Origin: Phoronis australis
Lineage: Eukaryota; Animalia; Phoronida
Length of the DNA: 64,000 nucleotides
Assembly (NCBI GenBank): GCA_002633005.1
Contig: NMRA01000023.1
Coordinates: 640,205 to 704,204 of the forward strand
Reading direction: 5' to 3'
Below, piece after piece: positions 50,810-63,298 of the stretch. Made by a program: the position numbers and the translations under genes. Under the pieces are notes generated by a model. It did no database searches. It worked only from the letters and a program-made list of their open reading frames with translations, and was not told the DNA's origin. Within the stretch, counting starts at the first letter, position 1. Every line of letters begins with the position of its first letter.

Positions 50810-53794
50810 GGTCGCCTCCTATTTGCACCGACGTGTAATTGACGGATTGCTAAGTTGACTGCAAACAGCCAAAATTACCGATGATAGTCGACAGCGCTTG
50901 TTGATTATGGCAGACATAATTAAAGTAGGTGTGTTCTGTAGAACACAGATTAGATATTAACTACTGAAATAATCTAATTTGTTTAATTAACTTACACGGG
51001 TAAATAGTAGTACATGTATGGATTGTGCTAAAAACAGGAAATATCTCTAGTTAACAGACAAACATTGGACAGAGATGATGATTCTTGATTACGGTGTCTT
51101 AAAAATTTATTAACTGTTCGTTATTCTACGTTTAAACGTTTTTTGGTGGCAACAAAATAAAGACTCAGAAGAGTCTTTGAACCTATTGATTTCACAATAT
51201 TGGGATAGTTGTACTTTGTTTGTATGCATCAGTCGAAAGATGCTCGTTGGGCGCCTGACCGGGAATGTGCCTAGTTACGTAAACTCATTACAATTTGTAA
51301 CATATTGGGGTAGCAGGTCAGTTACATGTACATAATGCTGAACACTTTCTCCATCTTGACGAGTCTGGTATCTGCATCTTCACTGCCACAAATTCCAAGA
51401 GCCTCACTTGACCCAGTGTATATTGGCAGCTCTCTCGGCTACGAAGCTGTTAGGTTACGTAGGACCCTAAAAATTCCAAATTTGGTTAACATCTCACCAT
51501 CGTATTTCAAAAATGGCTGAACGGATTCTTATGGAACTTCCAGACACTAACTACGCTTTAGGCACTGTTCTGTAACCTAACTATTCAGAGTTGTTTTTGA
51601 ATTGTTCCATATTTGGTGAAGGGCTATAAAATTGGACTTTTTAAGGTTTTCATAAAAAGAACTCAAAAGCTGTACAAGACGAAAACGAAATATTTTAGAA
51701 AATTGTGACAGTATTTTTAAGATTTCTCCTTGAACATTGAACAAATGTTTGGTTATGTTTTTGATAGTGCTGTCCTATTTCGATGTACCTTCCATTTTTG
51801 CTATTACTTATGTTCACCTGAACAAATTTATGTTACATTAGTAAACATTCATAACTCCAATTTTAGAAGCTACAAAACACTGTGAAGACAGCTGTACATC
51901 TGGTTGTTTCACAGTTCTGGATTCAAAAAAATATTGTCGAAATCTCAAGATCAAAAAAGCCTTTTACATCTAGTATGGGTTGTTCTAGAACCCCCTTGAC
52001 CCCCTCTATCCATGACCCTTAACCCACTCGACCCGCGACCTCCGACAATAGAGGCCTCTTGGCGTTTGTTACAAATTTCATAATTTTTGCTGTCGATTGA
52101 CTCTCGCATAAGACTTACCTACACGAATCTGCTCTGGCTCAACACTGGCGGTAAAAACAGAATTTTCGTAAGAACACGATCTGAAATGACGGATTGTGAG
52201 GGCGTATCATTGTCACGGAAATAGTTAGCTTTAGTGCAGAACTGCAACTAAATATACAGGTTTGCGCCGCCGTGGGTAAATAAAAACGACCAAACAAAAT
52301 CTGACACAAAATTAGAGTCGTTAAAAACTACACTCTCCCTTGAGTAAACTACGTTATTTACACGTGTTGGAAAAAATGGCGTTCCACCCGTTATTCGCCT
52401 GCTAAAGTTGTGATTCGGCTTTCGACACCATGAAATATTGCGTCACCTGTCGAACAGTTTCTTTTTCCCCGTTTTTTCAGTCAACTGTTCTTCTTTTCCA
52501 CGAGGTTGCGTACGTATGACAACAAATGATCGGAACAGGCTCGCGCTAGCCGCTTGCCAGCTCGTCATTGGCGAATTCTGAGCGGCACTGGCGATGGTAG
52601 AGTTAAGTCCAATGAGATAAATATAACTAGTATATAGCTCATTGGTTTAAGTCCATTCGCCAATTTGGCGAATGCTGTCGCAACTTCCTAATAAAAATTA
52701 ACTTCGGGAAACCTACTCTCGTGTCGACTCACAGTCAACTCAAATCAAGTCGCTCTGCAAACGATATTCTTTCTTGGATTCAGAGTCCTAAAAATAACAA
52801 GCGAATGTTTCATTTCATGTTTGTCACTACCCCTGAAATCACTCTTTTACGGCAGCGAAATGTTCAGCTGTGTAAACGAATAGAAGACTATTTTCGGTGG
52901 TAAACGCGACCCAGTCTCTCAATAACTTTTTACACTGGCGACGTGATGTGAACCGGTCAGACGGTATTTTAATACCGTTAAAAATTACCGAAGGATAAAA
53001 CTGAACTGAGTTGACCAGCCTCAAACATGCAACATGAACTCAAAGTTTAAATTTATTTTCACATTACACGAATCTCCTAATTCATTACTAAATTTGCGAA
53101 TTTTCAGCGCACAGTTTGTCGCATCAAATATTGTTTGAGACTTGACAATGACAGGTTTTCTTTTCAAGGAGTAAAAGGCGTGGATGACGCCGGGAACAAC
53201 GAGTTGGTTATCTGTTTTTAAGTCAAAATACATCAGATGTCATACCTAGTCAGCTCGCTATATGTTGCAAGTGTAAAAACAGGTGCCCGTGGTTTCTGAG
53301 AGGGCATTTTTTTAGGTGGAGGGGAAAATTCTACATCCCGATCACAATCAATAGCACCCCACCACCATTTTGCAAGCCCTCGTAGGCTCTGCCCCAAATA
53401 CGGTAGCCAAAAGTCAAATTTTTGCGCTATCTCAACTTGTGACCTGCGTGAGTTACAAATGATTCGAACCTCGAGGGGGATTTTTCAATCAAGGAAGGAA
53501 TTTGTGAACCTCATGAGCGGAACGGAATTTTGCATGATTTTTCAATATCTTTCAGAGGGGAATGGGGTTGATATTCCGCCCCAAAATCAAGGGATTGAGG
53601 GCCCTGAAAAGGATATTGAGACACCTGGACCCGTTTGCATTTCGGTGACGCCGGAAAGAAAGCAAGTCACTTAATGAGTTTTATATTCACTACCCGGCAC
53701 GATTCAGCTTTATTTTGCAAGTCTCAAGTTAGGTTAACGTTTTTGGACTAACATGTAAATGTCTTGCTCATCAAAATGCCCACATTGACCGGCG

Positions 53795-53940
53795 TACCTC
53801 TGCCGTAACCCGGGGATGGGGGGGGGGGGAATCCCTGCTCAATGTTTTTAGGTCAGCATCAATGAAGCACCCATGTCCATGTGGCCAGCCTACCTCCGCC
53901 GTAACCCGGGATGGGGGGGTGGGGGGAACTCCTGCACAAT
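53795..53940 (+). repeat. G-rich direct duplication
   Basis: TACCTC(T/C)GCCGTAACCCGGG(G)ATGGGGGG..GGAA twice, about 96 bp apart. Confidence 0.75.
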
Positions 53941-54481
53941 CACACGCAGGGGGCCAAGGGGGAACTCTGTCCAAACTTTTTTGGTCATAATTAAATACAT
54001 ATTGGCTGACATTCTCCCAACTTATTATGCTGCTATGTGACCTTAGAATATTGATCATTTGTTTTTTCTTAAAGCAAACGTCTTTTCTATCCTACATTTA
54101 TGAATAGGAAATGTGCATAACATTAACAATACAATGTTCTGTCCGTGTAACATTGTTTTTATAAATTGTGCGGGTTGGGAAAAGAGAGAGTATTTGACTA
54201 ATAATTTTTGAAATGGCTAAAAGTTTTCAAAGGCTTTAAGGTAATGTTGAAAAACATCTACACGGGTTTTCTTTGCGTATCTTGAAAGCGTTGTCATTCA
54301 TCTCGATAGGTCAATCATCGAAAATACTTACAATGCGACTCAACTATCTAGTTTCACTTTCTGTGGTTGGATTTGTGTTTCGTGCCCTTTTTATTTCATG
54401 ATAGCTCGAAATAACAGCATTTTGACAAAACGAGCTGTCACGTAGGAAGTCAGTGCAGTCGAGAAAGCTAAACAAGTGAAC

Positions 54482-54487
54482 TTTATT
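54482..54487 (-). promoter_or_regulatory. Polyadenylation signal of peptide gene B
   Basis: AATAAA on -, about 100 nt after the stop. Confidence 0.6.
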
Positions 54488-54588
54488 AAGTGGCATGTAC
54501 TTGTATTCCATTTGGCAAACATTCCATCGAATTCAGTGGCAGATGGATGTAACTGTCAAATGCACGTCATAGAGCTGGGACCGAGAAT

Positions 54589-57500
54589 TTACACGCATCC
54601 TCCCCAACATCGGCACCTGTAGTATTGTTGCTGAAACTGGGAAGTTGAGCAGCCCATGCTGCGACACATGTTCTGACATTGCGACAACGTGAAGGAATGC
54701 CCAACTTTATATCTTTTCGGAATGTCTGAAAAATTAACGAATATTGCATTGTGTTTTAGCAGACAAAACAGATTGAAAGTTAGATATAACCGTCTGGTTA
54801 CTTCCTGTCACCACTGCGTCGATCGTTCAGCGAAGTGAATGACATGTATCAGTGTTGTCTACATGAATGAATGTTGCCATGTTGGTCTTTTTATATGCGC
54901 CAGGTGCAAAGTGCTCCGAAGCTATAGTTTACAGTGAAACAACAAAAGTGAAGCTAAGATACCAGGCCAGACAAACGAAAATACTAGATAGATGTTACAG
55001 ACAAAACATAAAGCGGCCACCAATCCGCGTTTCGTAAAAAATACATTGATTTAGACCCTTTGCCTCCGTACAGCAGAGTTGCATGTTGTTCCTAACTCAG
55101 ATAAGAAGCTGCATCAAAATTTGTAAAACTGTCTGTTCCTTATGCTCAAGACCATGCTCAGCACATAAAGGGACTGACCGAAATACACGTGACTTCGTGC
55201 ACTTAGTGAAACCCAAGACAACTTTTTTACACTTGTGTAGGTGATGGAAAGGTCTGCTGATGTCAGTTGCTACATGTATGACCAAAGAAAACTGGCTGAT
55301 GCTGCTTTGTCGCTAAAAATTTAGTCACAAAAATATGGAGCTCACTTATAGCTTTTTCCAGAAAAACTCTTTTTAAAAACGTTCCAGAATATTTGGAATC
55401 TATGATTCATCGTATCCAAAGTCTGGTGCTGCTTTATATTTTATGATAGCCGCTACCATTGTAGCGTTTTTAAATTACATGATTGTATTATGTAATGGTT
55501 ATCATCCATAGGATACATTCATCCTCAATGTTGTGATTAGGGAGTTCAACTGGAATGATAAGTTGAGCACAGGCATACTTACTTCGTTCAACGCGTTCAG
55601 ACGTGCCCTCCGAAACTACAACAAAAATTGAAAACAACATTAAAACAAGAGCAGTAACAATAACACCCACACGTACATTTCATCCTATAATTCAACGCTG
55701 CCGGTGTAGCGATGACGAGAAATTTTGAAGTCAGTCATTCAGTACATAGATGTATTACGTATTTATTTTAGTGGAGTTGCATTAACTGACTTTATGAAGT
55801 CTTAACACGTGCAGAGTGTTGAATTAAAAAACGAAAAAATAAATGTTTTGCTTAACTTCGTATGCCTGTCTGCAAAAACGGACTCTATGTTCAGACCAGT
55901 AACAGAAAGAAAAGAAGCCCAAAGTGGCGCATTGTGGTACCTTTTTAGTGTCACTATTTGATTTCGTGTAATACTTTTTCTCCATATGTTGCGAACCAAA
56001 ATCTACATGTAGGTACATGTGTGTTTACGTACACACATCCTTGAATATTAGAAAGGATATCCAAGTACCGATTTCATTATAAACTATCACAAGAGATGAA
56101 AACACCACAGAGATTTAACGCAGATTCAGGGTAACGACTCGTATTATCTCTCAAAAGCAACCTTTTGCTTAATGAGTGTTGACTTCCGTTTCTAATCAGC
56201 GGGTGTACAGAGACTCGATGCTAATATTGCACATGTATTATCACCCGCTGTTTGATTTGTTAATGAGGCGAAATGTACAATGCTTTCCAGAAAGAATGAC
56301 GTACAGTGTATGGTATTTATTTTCAAGAAGCGCGGCAAAGGTGACTACGGCCGACAAGGAGGAAATTAACAATTGGTATGACTTCAAAACCACTTCTTTT
56401 AAATTCAACCATAGTTCTGTTAAATTCATTTCCTGGCAACAAATCAAACAATATCTACTTAGCCTTATTGAAAGAAATGACAACTCCGATTTTATTAATT
56501 AATAAATCAATTAAATAATTTATTCATTCATTTATTTAATTGTCGTCTATCTTGTCACTTCATCCTACAGTTCTTTGCAGCTCATTTTTCACCCATGTCC
56601 CGCTTTTTGATACACGGTAAAATTGACATATTGTTATATACTGTTGTAATTTCTCACGCTCCCTATCCAAATTTTCCCGCTCAGCACCCGCAATTTCTCA
56701 TTCAACAATAAGAAACAACAACAGAAAACGCAGTTTTGGGTTTAACATCTCTTGTTCGATGAAAAGTGCCATTCTTTCGTCACTGTGTGCGGCAGCGAAC
56801 ATTTCATCCTTACTTTTTGTCTTAGACTCAGATGTCCCGCTTTTTATCCTGAAGTCCCGCTTTTCAATCCAGTTGTTCCGTTTTTCCGTTCTTGAATGTT
56901 GACCGTGACAACTATGCAACAGGTGTCCAAAATAACATTGTGTCTTTTTATGAATAATGTTATTTTCCAGAGTGCACTTTCTTTAGTAACATAACTATTG
57001 TATAATGTGTTTCATTGTCTCATGTTTACGGTAACATACAATATATGTTACTATCAGGATCAGTAACTTTTACTTTCTGAAGAAAAGAGTTTCTAAACTT
57101 TTCTAAAAAGTCCTACACCGCAACCAATCTGATGAGCTATCCACAGTAAATTTCAAAGTTACCTGATACATGTTGATGTTAGCCCAATTTTTATCTAGTC
57201 CATCAGAAAACCTTTATCTGCGAACTTCGGATAGATACTTGGAGTAGTTTATCGCAATTTTCGTAAAATCCACTGCATTCCGAGTTTTTAGGGCACTAAA
57301 GGTCCAATTAACTATAGCTAAAGATGTTTAATGTTGGATGAATCCCTGACTAAATTATCCACAGCAAGTGTGAGGGACCTATATTCTAAAACCTTTCTCT
57401 TTATACGATGGAAATCTTTCGAATCATTGAAATTACATCTTTAATGGCTTAACTAGACTTTTAAATTTACTCTCTGGTTCATTTCCTTTTGATTTTACTA

Positions 57501-59058
57501 TTAAGCGCTGTTCTTTGTCGCATCTTGGTAACCCTCTTGATTTTCATGATTAAAAAAATATTTTTAATCCGGCAGCTATGTGAATACCTTTTAATATTTA
57601 TATATTTTAAGCTGCATAAAAATATGTAAAATGATATATGAAATTGTTTGCCAAAACAAAAGTTTGCCTATTGCCCAAAAAGATTTCAAGAAGAAGGTTA
57701 TAACATTGGAAGTGATGACTGGAAAAGTCATTGTCTTTTAAAAGTTATGTACACTGCAGTTTAAATTATTACATAGAATACTTGCAACGAACTATTTTCT
57801 TAAGAAAAAAAGAACTTGGTGTACTCTGATGTATGTACTTTCTGCCAGTCACAAACTGAACCAGTAGATCACATCCTTTTCTAATGCAATAACATAAAAA
57901 TATTGACAGAAGAATTATACAATTCGGCGTTGTCAGTAAAAGTATCAATTTGATTATTGACAAAATAACAATGATATTTGGCTTGGCCAAAACTAACGAA
58001 AATAAAGTTTTAAATGGGATTCTTTTGCAATTAAAATATTTTATTTACGTACCTAAGTGTAAAAATGATATCCAGTTTCTGTCATTTTCTTAAGATATTA
58101 GAAAGAGAATTTTATATTCAATGAAGACTTTTATTAAATTATGGTAATTTAAATGAATACCAGGCAGCCTGGAGAAACTGGTGAACCATTACCTTTCCTG
58201 ACAACATCCTACCTAAAGTGGGTGGGTATGTTGAGGGGTTTGGGTGCGTGTGTGCGTTTGTGCGTGAGTGTGCGTGTTAAGAGTTTTGCAGTTTTTGTCT
58301 TTCGTGTCTGTATGTTTGTTTTTTATACCAATGATAATTACTCATGAAATAAATTATTTATCTTTTGATTCTGGTATAAAAAAGAAATGATAATGATATG
58401 ACTCTTATGCAATTCGGTTGAAAAACGGCGGAGTTGCAAAACATTTTAAATTCACAACCCGGAACAAACGAATGCAAACAAGTCAAACGCATGCACTGCT
58501 CAACCTCAGTGGCCGCGAGATCGGAGTTGGCATTCCAGGGCTAGAGTTCTATGGTAAAACGAAGTCGAATATGTAAAATAGGGAGAAAATTAGTCGACCA
58601 ATGTAACTGATAATCTTTAAGCTACGAGGCTGAGTTTGAACTCACGGAAAATCTCAAGAGTTTGCAGTAAAGCTCAGGCTCCTGTACTGTGTTGTGCTTA
58701 ATTTCATCTCAGTCTGTTTTCACAGTTTTGAAACGATGGTTTAAATGTACATGTAAACTGAAACGCTTCATATAATGATTGTATAAAAGTAACCGTAAAT
58801 AAATTTCCTCGAAAATGCTCTATTGTTTCTTGCAGTGGATACTTCATTTAGGGTTTATCCAAATCTAGATACAAAAATGTATCTAGATTGAGATGAAGCA
58901 GGTTATGCCACAACCGTGGTTATGGAACAGTCCTCAGTCTATATGTAAATTAGATTTTAAACAGTGAGTTCTCGACAATTATCTCTGAGTGTCCAATCTT
59001 AATACTTACTAAGAACCATCACACAGATGAGAGCACAGGCTAGGACATAACGACGCAT
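54589..59058 (-). CDS. Secreted six-Cys defensin-like peptide precursor B, 72 aa
   Basis: Exons 59010-59058, 55583-55615, 54589-54725 (GTAAGT donors, phase 1): MRRYVLACALICVMVLISEG|TSERVER|NIPKRYKVGHSFTLSQCQNMCRSMGCSTSQFQQQYYRCRCWGGCV. Confidence 0.86.
56590..58553 (-). mobile_element. CATAGAACTCTAGCCC family, copy 3, interrupted by a LINE fragment, in an intron of peptide gene B
   Basis: Terminus at 58509-58553; body 56590-57030 is the reverse complement of 7790-8230. Confidence 0.7.
57600..58390 (+). mobile_element. L1/Tx1-clade LINE 3' fragment
   Basis: LQFKLLHRILATNYFLKK, CTFCQSQTEPVDHILF*C (zf-RVT), LNGILLQLKYFIY, then TG-rich UTR and A-rich tail. Confidence 0.8.
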
Positions 59059-61639
59059 TGCTGATGAGTTCCGGTGCTAAAGAGAGAAGGACAATTGTAT
59101 GTTACAGTACGTGTTGCCTTTACGAGGAAAACTGCTGAATCTTTTGCAAGCAGTTATTGGGGACAAACAAAACAACAAGAATAATATATGTTTTTTAAAA
59201 CTTAAAAGCTGTATAGGAAATTTCAGGGTCACAACTCTACAAGAGATAACACACACATTTACGATTCCCAATGTGTAATTGTGTATAGGATACTAAGTGA
59301 ACAAACAGCGCTACCACCGAACTAGGTAGGAACTAACTAGGAGTTGGATATGAAGCATGAAGGGATGTATAATGGTATTTGCCCAAACAATAGGAATTAT
59401 GTCAGAGTGCCATAAATCTCATCATTGTGGACAAATAAAACAACAAGAAACATATATATCTTAAGTCGTATTTTGAATTTCAGGGTCATAGCTCTACACA
59501 TAAATATTTCTCACAAGGTTCCTTAATTAAATATTTTTGTTGGATCAAAACAAAACAGGCTCGGGGGGCTTTACTCTTTTATTGACAGAATAAGTAGTGG
59601 CAGTAGTAGGTAAACTGAAATATAAAAAAAACTATGTTCATGTTTACACGTTACATAATGCTATACCATGTATAAACAGTTCAATGCTCCGGACAACGCC
59701 CAAGAAAATGTCGACGGGCAAAGGGCATGCATTACTAGCAAGCGTTCAAAACGTTAAATACATCTCCTGAGAGAACAGGGGGAAACTGCACTGAATGTAA
59801 ATAAACTAGTTTATATCAAAAACACGAGTACTTACGCCGATATCGCCCCAAGTCCAACCAAATTCCGTTGAAAATAACTATGTACAATAGACGTTTCTCC
59901 ACGATAGACGTTTGTGGAATGATATTCGAAAAAAGGCGGCACCAGAACAAACAGTTAGAGAAAGCGATATCTGGCGCAAAAACTACACAGTAACAAATTT
60001 ACTTACAAGGCGAGTATTCGTACGCTTAAATCAAAATAACACAACAAGGCAGTCTGCAGTAACAATTTTATTGAAAGTAAAACGTTTTTACAAACATAAC
60101 AGACCTCTTGAGCAAAACGGAGGTTTATAATTAACAGAGTCAGAGCATCACTTTCCAAATCACTGTAAAGCAAGAAAAAAGGTAATTCTGATTAAAATCC
60201 CTTTTAAATAGGGACATAAACAAATGCAGAAAAGTAAACACTCGAAGGCTGTAGAAGGTGCAGAACCTGTCCAAAATGACACGGTTCCAATATCCGAAAT
60301 GCAGAGTGTCACACAGCATAAAAAGAGTTTTTTTGTCACATATTAGGGCCGCTATGCAGTTACTAACGACTGTGTATCACGATATGTGCCACAGGAAAAA
60401 CTTCATACGGAAGCTTGCATGTCTATTATATATCTATGAAAGAAAAAGAAAATATCTACAAAAATCTTCCAGAACACAACTATACGGTAGGGAAGCAACA
60501 AGATCTCTGGAATAATAATACCGCAAAAAGTCATATAAAATATACAACACCCAGTACACAAAATCAGGTAAGCAACTTGGTATACAAAATATGATTGCCA
60601 GTAAGAAAACCTAGCACCGTATCAAATGTGTTCAACGAATAATCTATAGCTAAGCAAAAGGACAAATAACATTTGTGCCTGCGATGTCAGGAACAGATGG
60701 ACTTACATCTAGTCAGTAAATGCAATTAATCCTAGGGTTCCTGTTTCATGAAAGTTTAGTCTAGAAAGTCCCATTGCTAGCACGATGTCATCAGCACTAT
60801 GCAACAAGTTTTTATGTAATTGCATAAGAGTGAAACCACAGGCTCCAACTGAGTTTGGGCTATTCGGATCCCAGGGTGCTTTGGTGTTGAAACAGGCAAT
60901 TTAGCCTGACACAAAGGTTAAAAAAATGAAAAGTTTCAAAATTTTGAAATCTTAAATTAATAACTTTGTGTTAGACACTACTGGTAGCCTGAGATGATTT
61001 ATGCGCCTAAACGGCCAGAAGTAATCCACTAATGTTACAGTGACACGCTTTCGAGAACTTGGCGCAGTTACATGTATACTGTTTACTAATAGCCCGGGTG
61101 TTGTGGCTCCCGGGTTGCTGATGAAGACAACCCTACTTAACTGGCTTACGACAACTGTTAGAGTGACTGGCTTAGACATAATCACACCAAAATGAATAAC
61201 TAATGAACGAAAATAGTAAAAATGAATAAAAACAGCTTACCCTTTTCGTCTTGCTCTTGCCGTGGTGGCACTCGAGCGCGGATTTCGTAAGACGAAGCTA
61301 TACTCGCAAACGGGCCAGCCTGGGAAGTGGACAACTTAGCAAGGATGTGTGACGTGACCTCGTCGATCACTACGTCCGCCTATCTGCCGGCAGCTCGACC
61401 ACTGCCTGCACTTCCGCGATTAACTGAAACACCGCTACAGTAGCCGTCTATTCGAAAATCGTCATGGTGCGAAATGCCCGACCACGTTGCGAGACGAAAA
61501 CAAAGTTGACGCATTACCGTAAATTAAGCGCGGTTGGAATAGGTTAAAAATTATGCCAAGGGGACGAAATGTGAAGTATTATGTGGTACAAATCGCCACG
61601 AGTCTTTTCAAATGTCGTTTAAGCACGTTTTGCTGATAT

Positions 61640-61802
61640 TTTATTATCATTTTTGGATTATTGTTTTTTCAATTATCATTTATTTATTTTTATCATTTTT
61701 TCATTTTAAGTTTTATTTTTTATTATTTTTATTGTATTTTGTTATTTCTATTGATTATTTTATTTTATTTCTTAGTTTTTAATTTTAATTATTTTTTTAA
61801 AC
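61640..61802. repeat. T/A-rich low-complexity tract
   Basis: Direct observation. Confidence 0.8.
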
Positions 61803-62179
61803 TTTTCGAACCGAAGGAATTATGTGAGTAAAACACCGTAGATAAATATTTGTACGGGCTTAGGGTCAGAGCCGAAGTATTTGAAAAGGCCTCAACAAAC
61901 AGTCGAATAAAATATCAAAAGTGACCTCCGAATAAAAGTTTTTTTAGCTCATGCTGATAACCCCACCGAAATCGGTTCTGCGCTACAGGACACTTAGGTG
62001 TGTGAAACACGGCGCTTTGGAGCTTTACCTCACCAGGCTCCACCGTGATATGCGATAGATTCCCATCTAAATTTCATCTGTTTACACCAATAATACCTCC
62101 TGTCATGTTGGAATAGCACCAAGTAAGTCTAGTGTTATGTAATTCCAGTATCCACCATGCACCCAAACCATCAGTAAAG

Positions 62180-62472
62180 TCACACATTTGTCAAACCGCT
62201 GGCACTCAAACGCATTCTACATGGGTACCCAGACCACAACTGTGCTTCACTCCTTGTTCAACGCTTAAAACAGCTTTAGATTACAATGTAAGGGCACGAA
62301 AAGCCACACCACAGCAAGAAACTGGACAACTCACAGCAACTCACCAACCCCAGCAGGCGTGGGACAAACTCAAAGGAATGGGACCTGAGCCGCATGGCTG
62401 GCCCCTGTCTTACCCGCCCCAGTGATAACCTTTGTACCTCGCCGCTGGGTATCCTACCCAAACCAGACGGGG
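62180..62472 (+). mobile_element. Ngaro (DIRS-order) retrotransposon RT N-terminal fragment
   Basis: Frameshifted LKRILHGYPD..FRLQCKG..WDKLK/EWDLSRMAGP..PSDNLCTSPLGILPKPDG, matching KE..LGR.AGPF...P..N...SP.G..PK. Confidence 0.75.
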
Positions 62473-62708
62473 ATGATATCCCACTTATACCCAGGGAATT
62501 GGCTGTTTGGAATGTACCAGGGTCATGTGAGAAGGCGTCGCCGTATTGGCGAGGGGATTGGTTTGGATTTGAGTGCGACCAATCCCAAAAGACTTTGAAT
62601 CGTTGATGGTTGAGGTGTTGTTTTTGGTATGGGAAACAGAGTTCTATCACGTTAAGGAATAGTACATGTAGTATGAAATAGTATATGTGTGAGGAATACG
62701 ACGTTGTG

Positions 62709-63298
62709 TATGACGGGCCCTCGGGGGAAAGTGTCGCCGGAAAAATACGAGCATAATTGTGTACATTACGCCGTTATTTACGCCGTTAATTACACCGTAA
62801 GCGTAATTTAATTATTTACGGCGTAAAATTACGCTCGCAATTTAGTTTAAACCAATGACGTTGGGTTTTACTATCCACGATCGCGCGCGCTCATGGAAAT
62901 ACTTATTTACTGACGAATTTCATGTCTACGATACGAGCGCTGAATCATGGTGGATCAAATCGCTGCTGCCATGTCAGCGATTGTGCAAGAACGAGCTGCC
63001 CAGCAACAGTCGTGTATGTTAGGTCATCACTCATAGGTTTAATTTTGGAACGTTCTTAAGGTATTTTACGAGCGTAATTTACGGCGACATTTCCCCATTT
63101 TATTTACGGGCGTAATTTTACTGCAACACTTTTGCAATTTAACTTACGCTCGTAATTACGATCGTAATTTTACGGCGAAACTTTTCTTACATTCAATCTA
63201 CGAGCGTAATTGTACGGCGACACTCCTGCAATTTAATTTACGCTCGTAATTACGAACGTAATTTTGCGGCGACACTTTCCCCTCAACGGCCCATCATA
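62709..63298. mobile_element. Non-autonomous IS3EU-like element, 590 bp, 6-bp target-site duplication
   Basis: GTTGTG|TATGACGGGCC..GGGGAAAGTGTCGCCG ... CGGCGACACTTTCCCC..GGCCCATCATA|GTTGTG; many TTACG(A/G)(G/C)CGTAA subterminal units. Confidence 0.75.

Noticed and set aside
51320-51450. Possible third Cys-rich peptide exon on - (ending KCSALCTCN)
   Set aside because: Cys spacing and phase do not match A/B; no signal or propeptide exon found.
54567-54749. ORF-track 60-aa minus ORF
   Set aside because: Wrong frame over peptide B's last exon.
55488-55670. ORF-track protein with a signal-like start (MGVIVTALVLMLFSIFVVVSEG)
   Set aside because: GTG start with an in-frame stop just upstream; the hydrophobic part is the T-rich intron end before the 33-nt micro-exon.
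59830-60130. Candidate non-coding first exon and TATA of peptide gene B
   Set aside because: Two competing GTAAGT donors (about 59830 and 60001); cannot choose from sequence alone.
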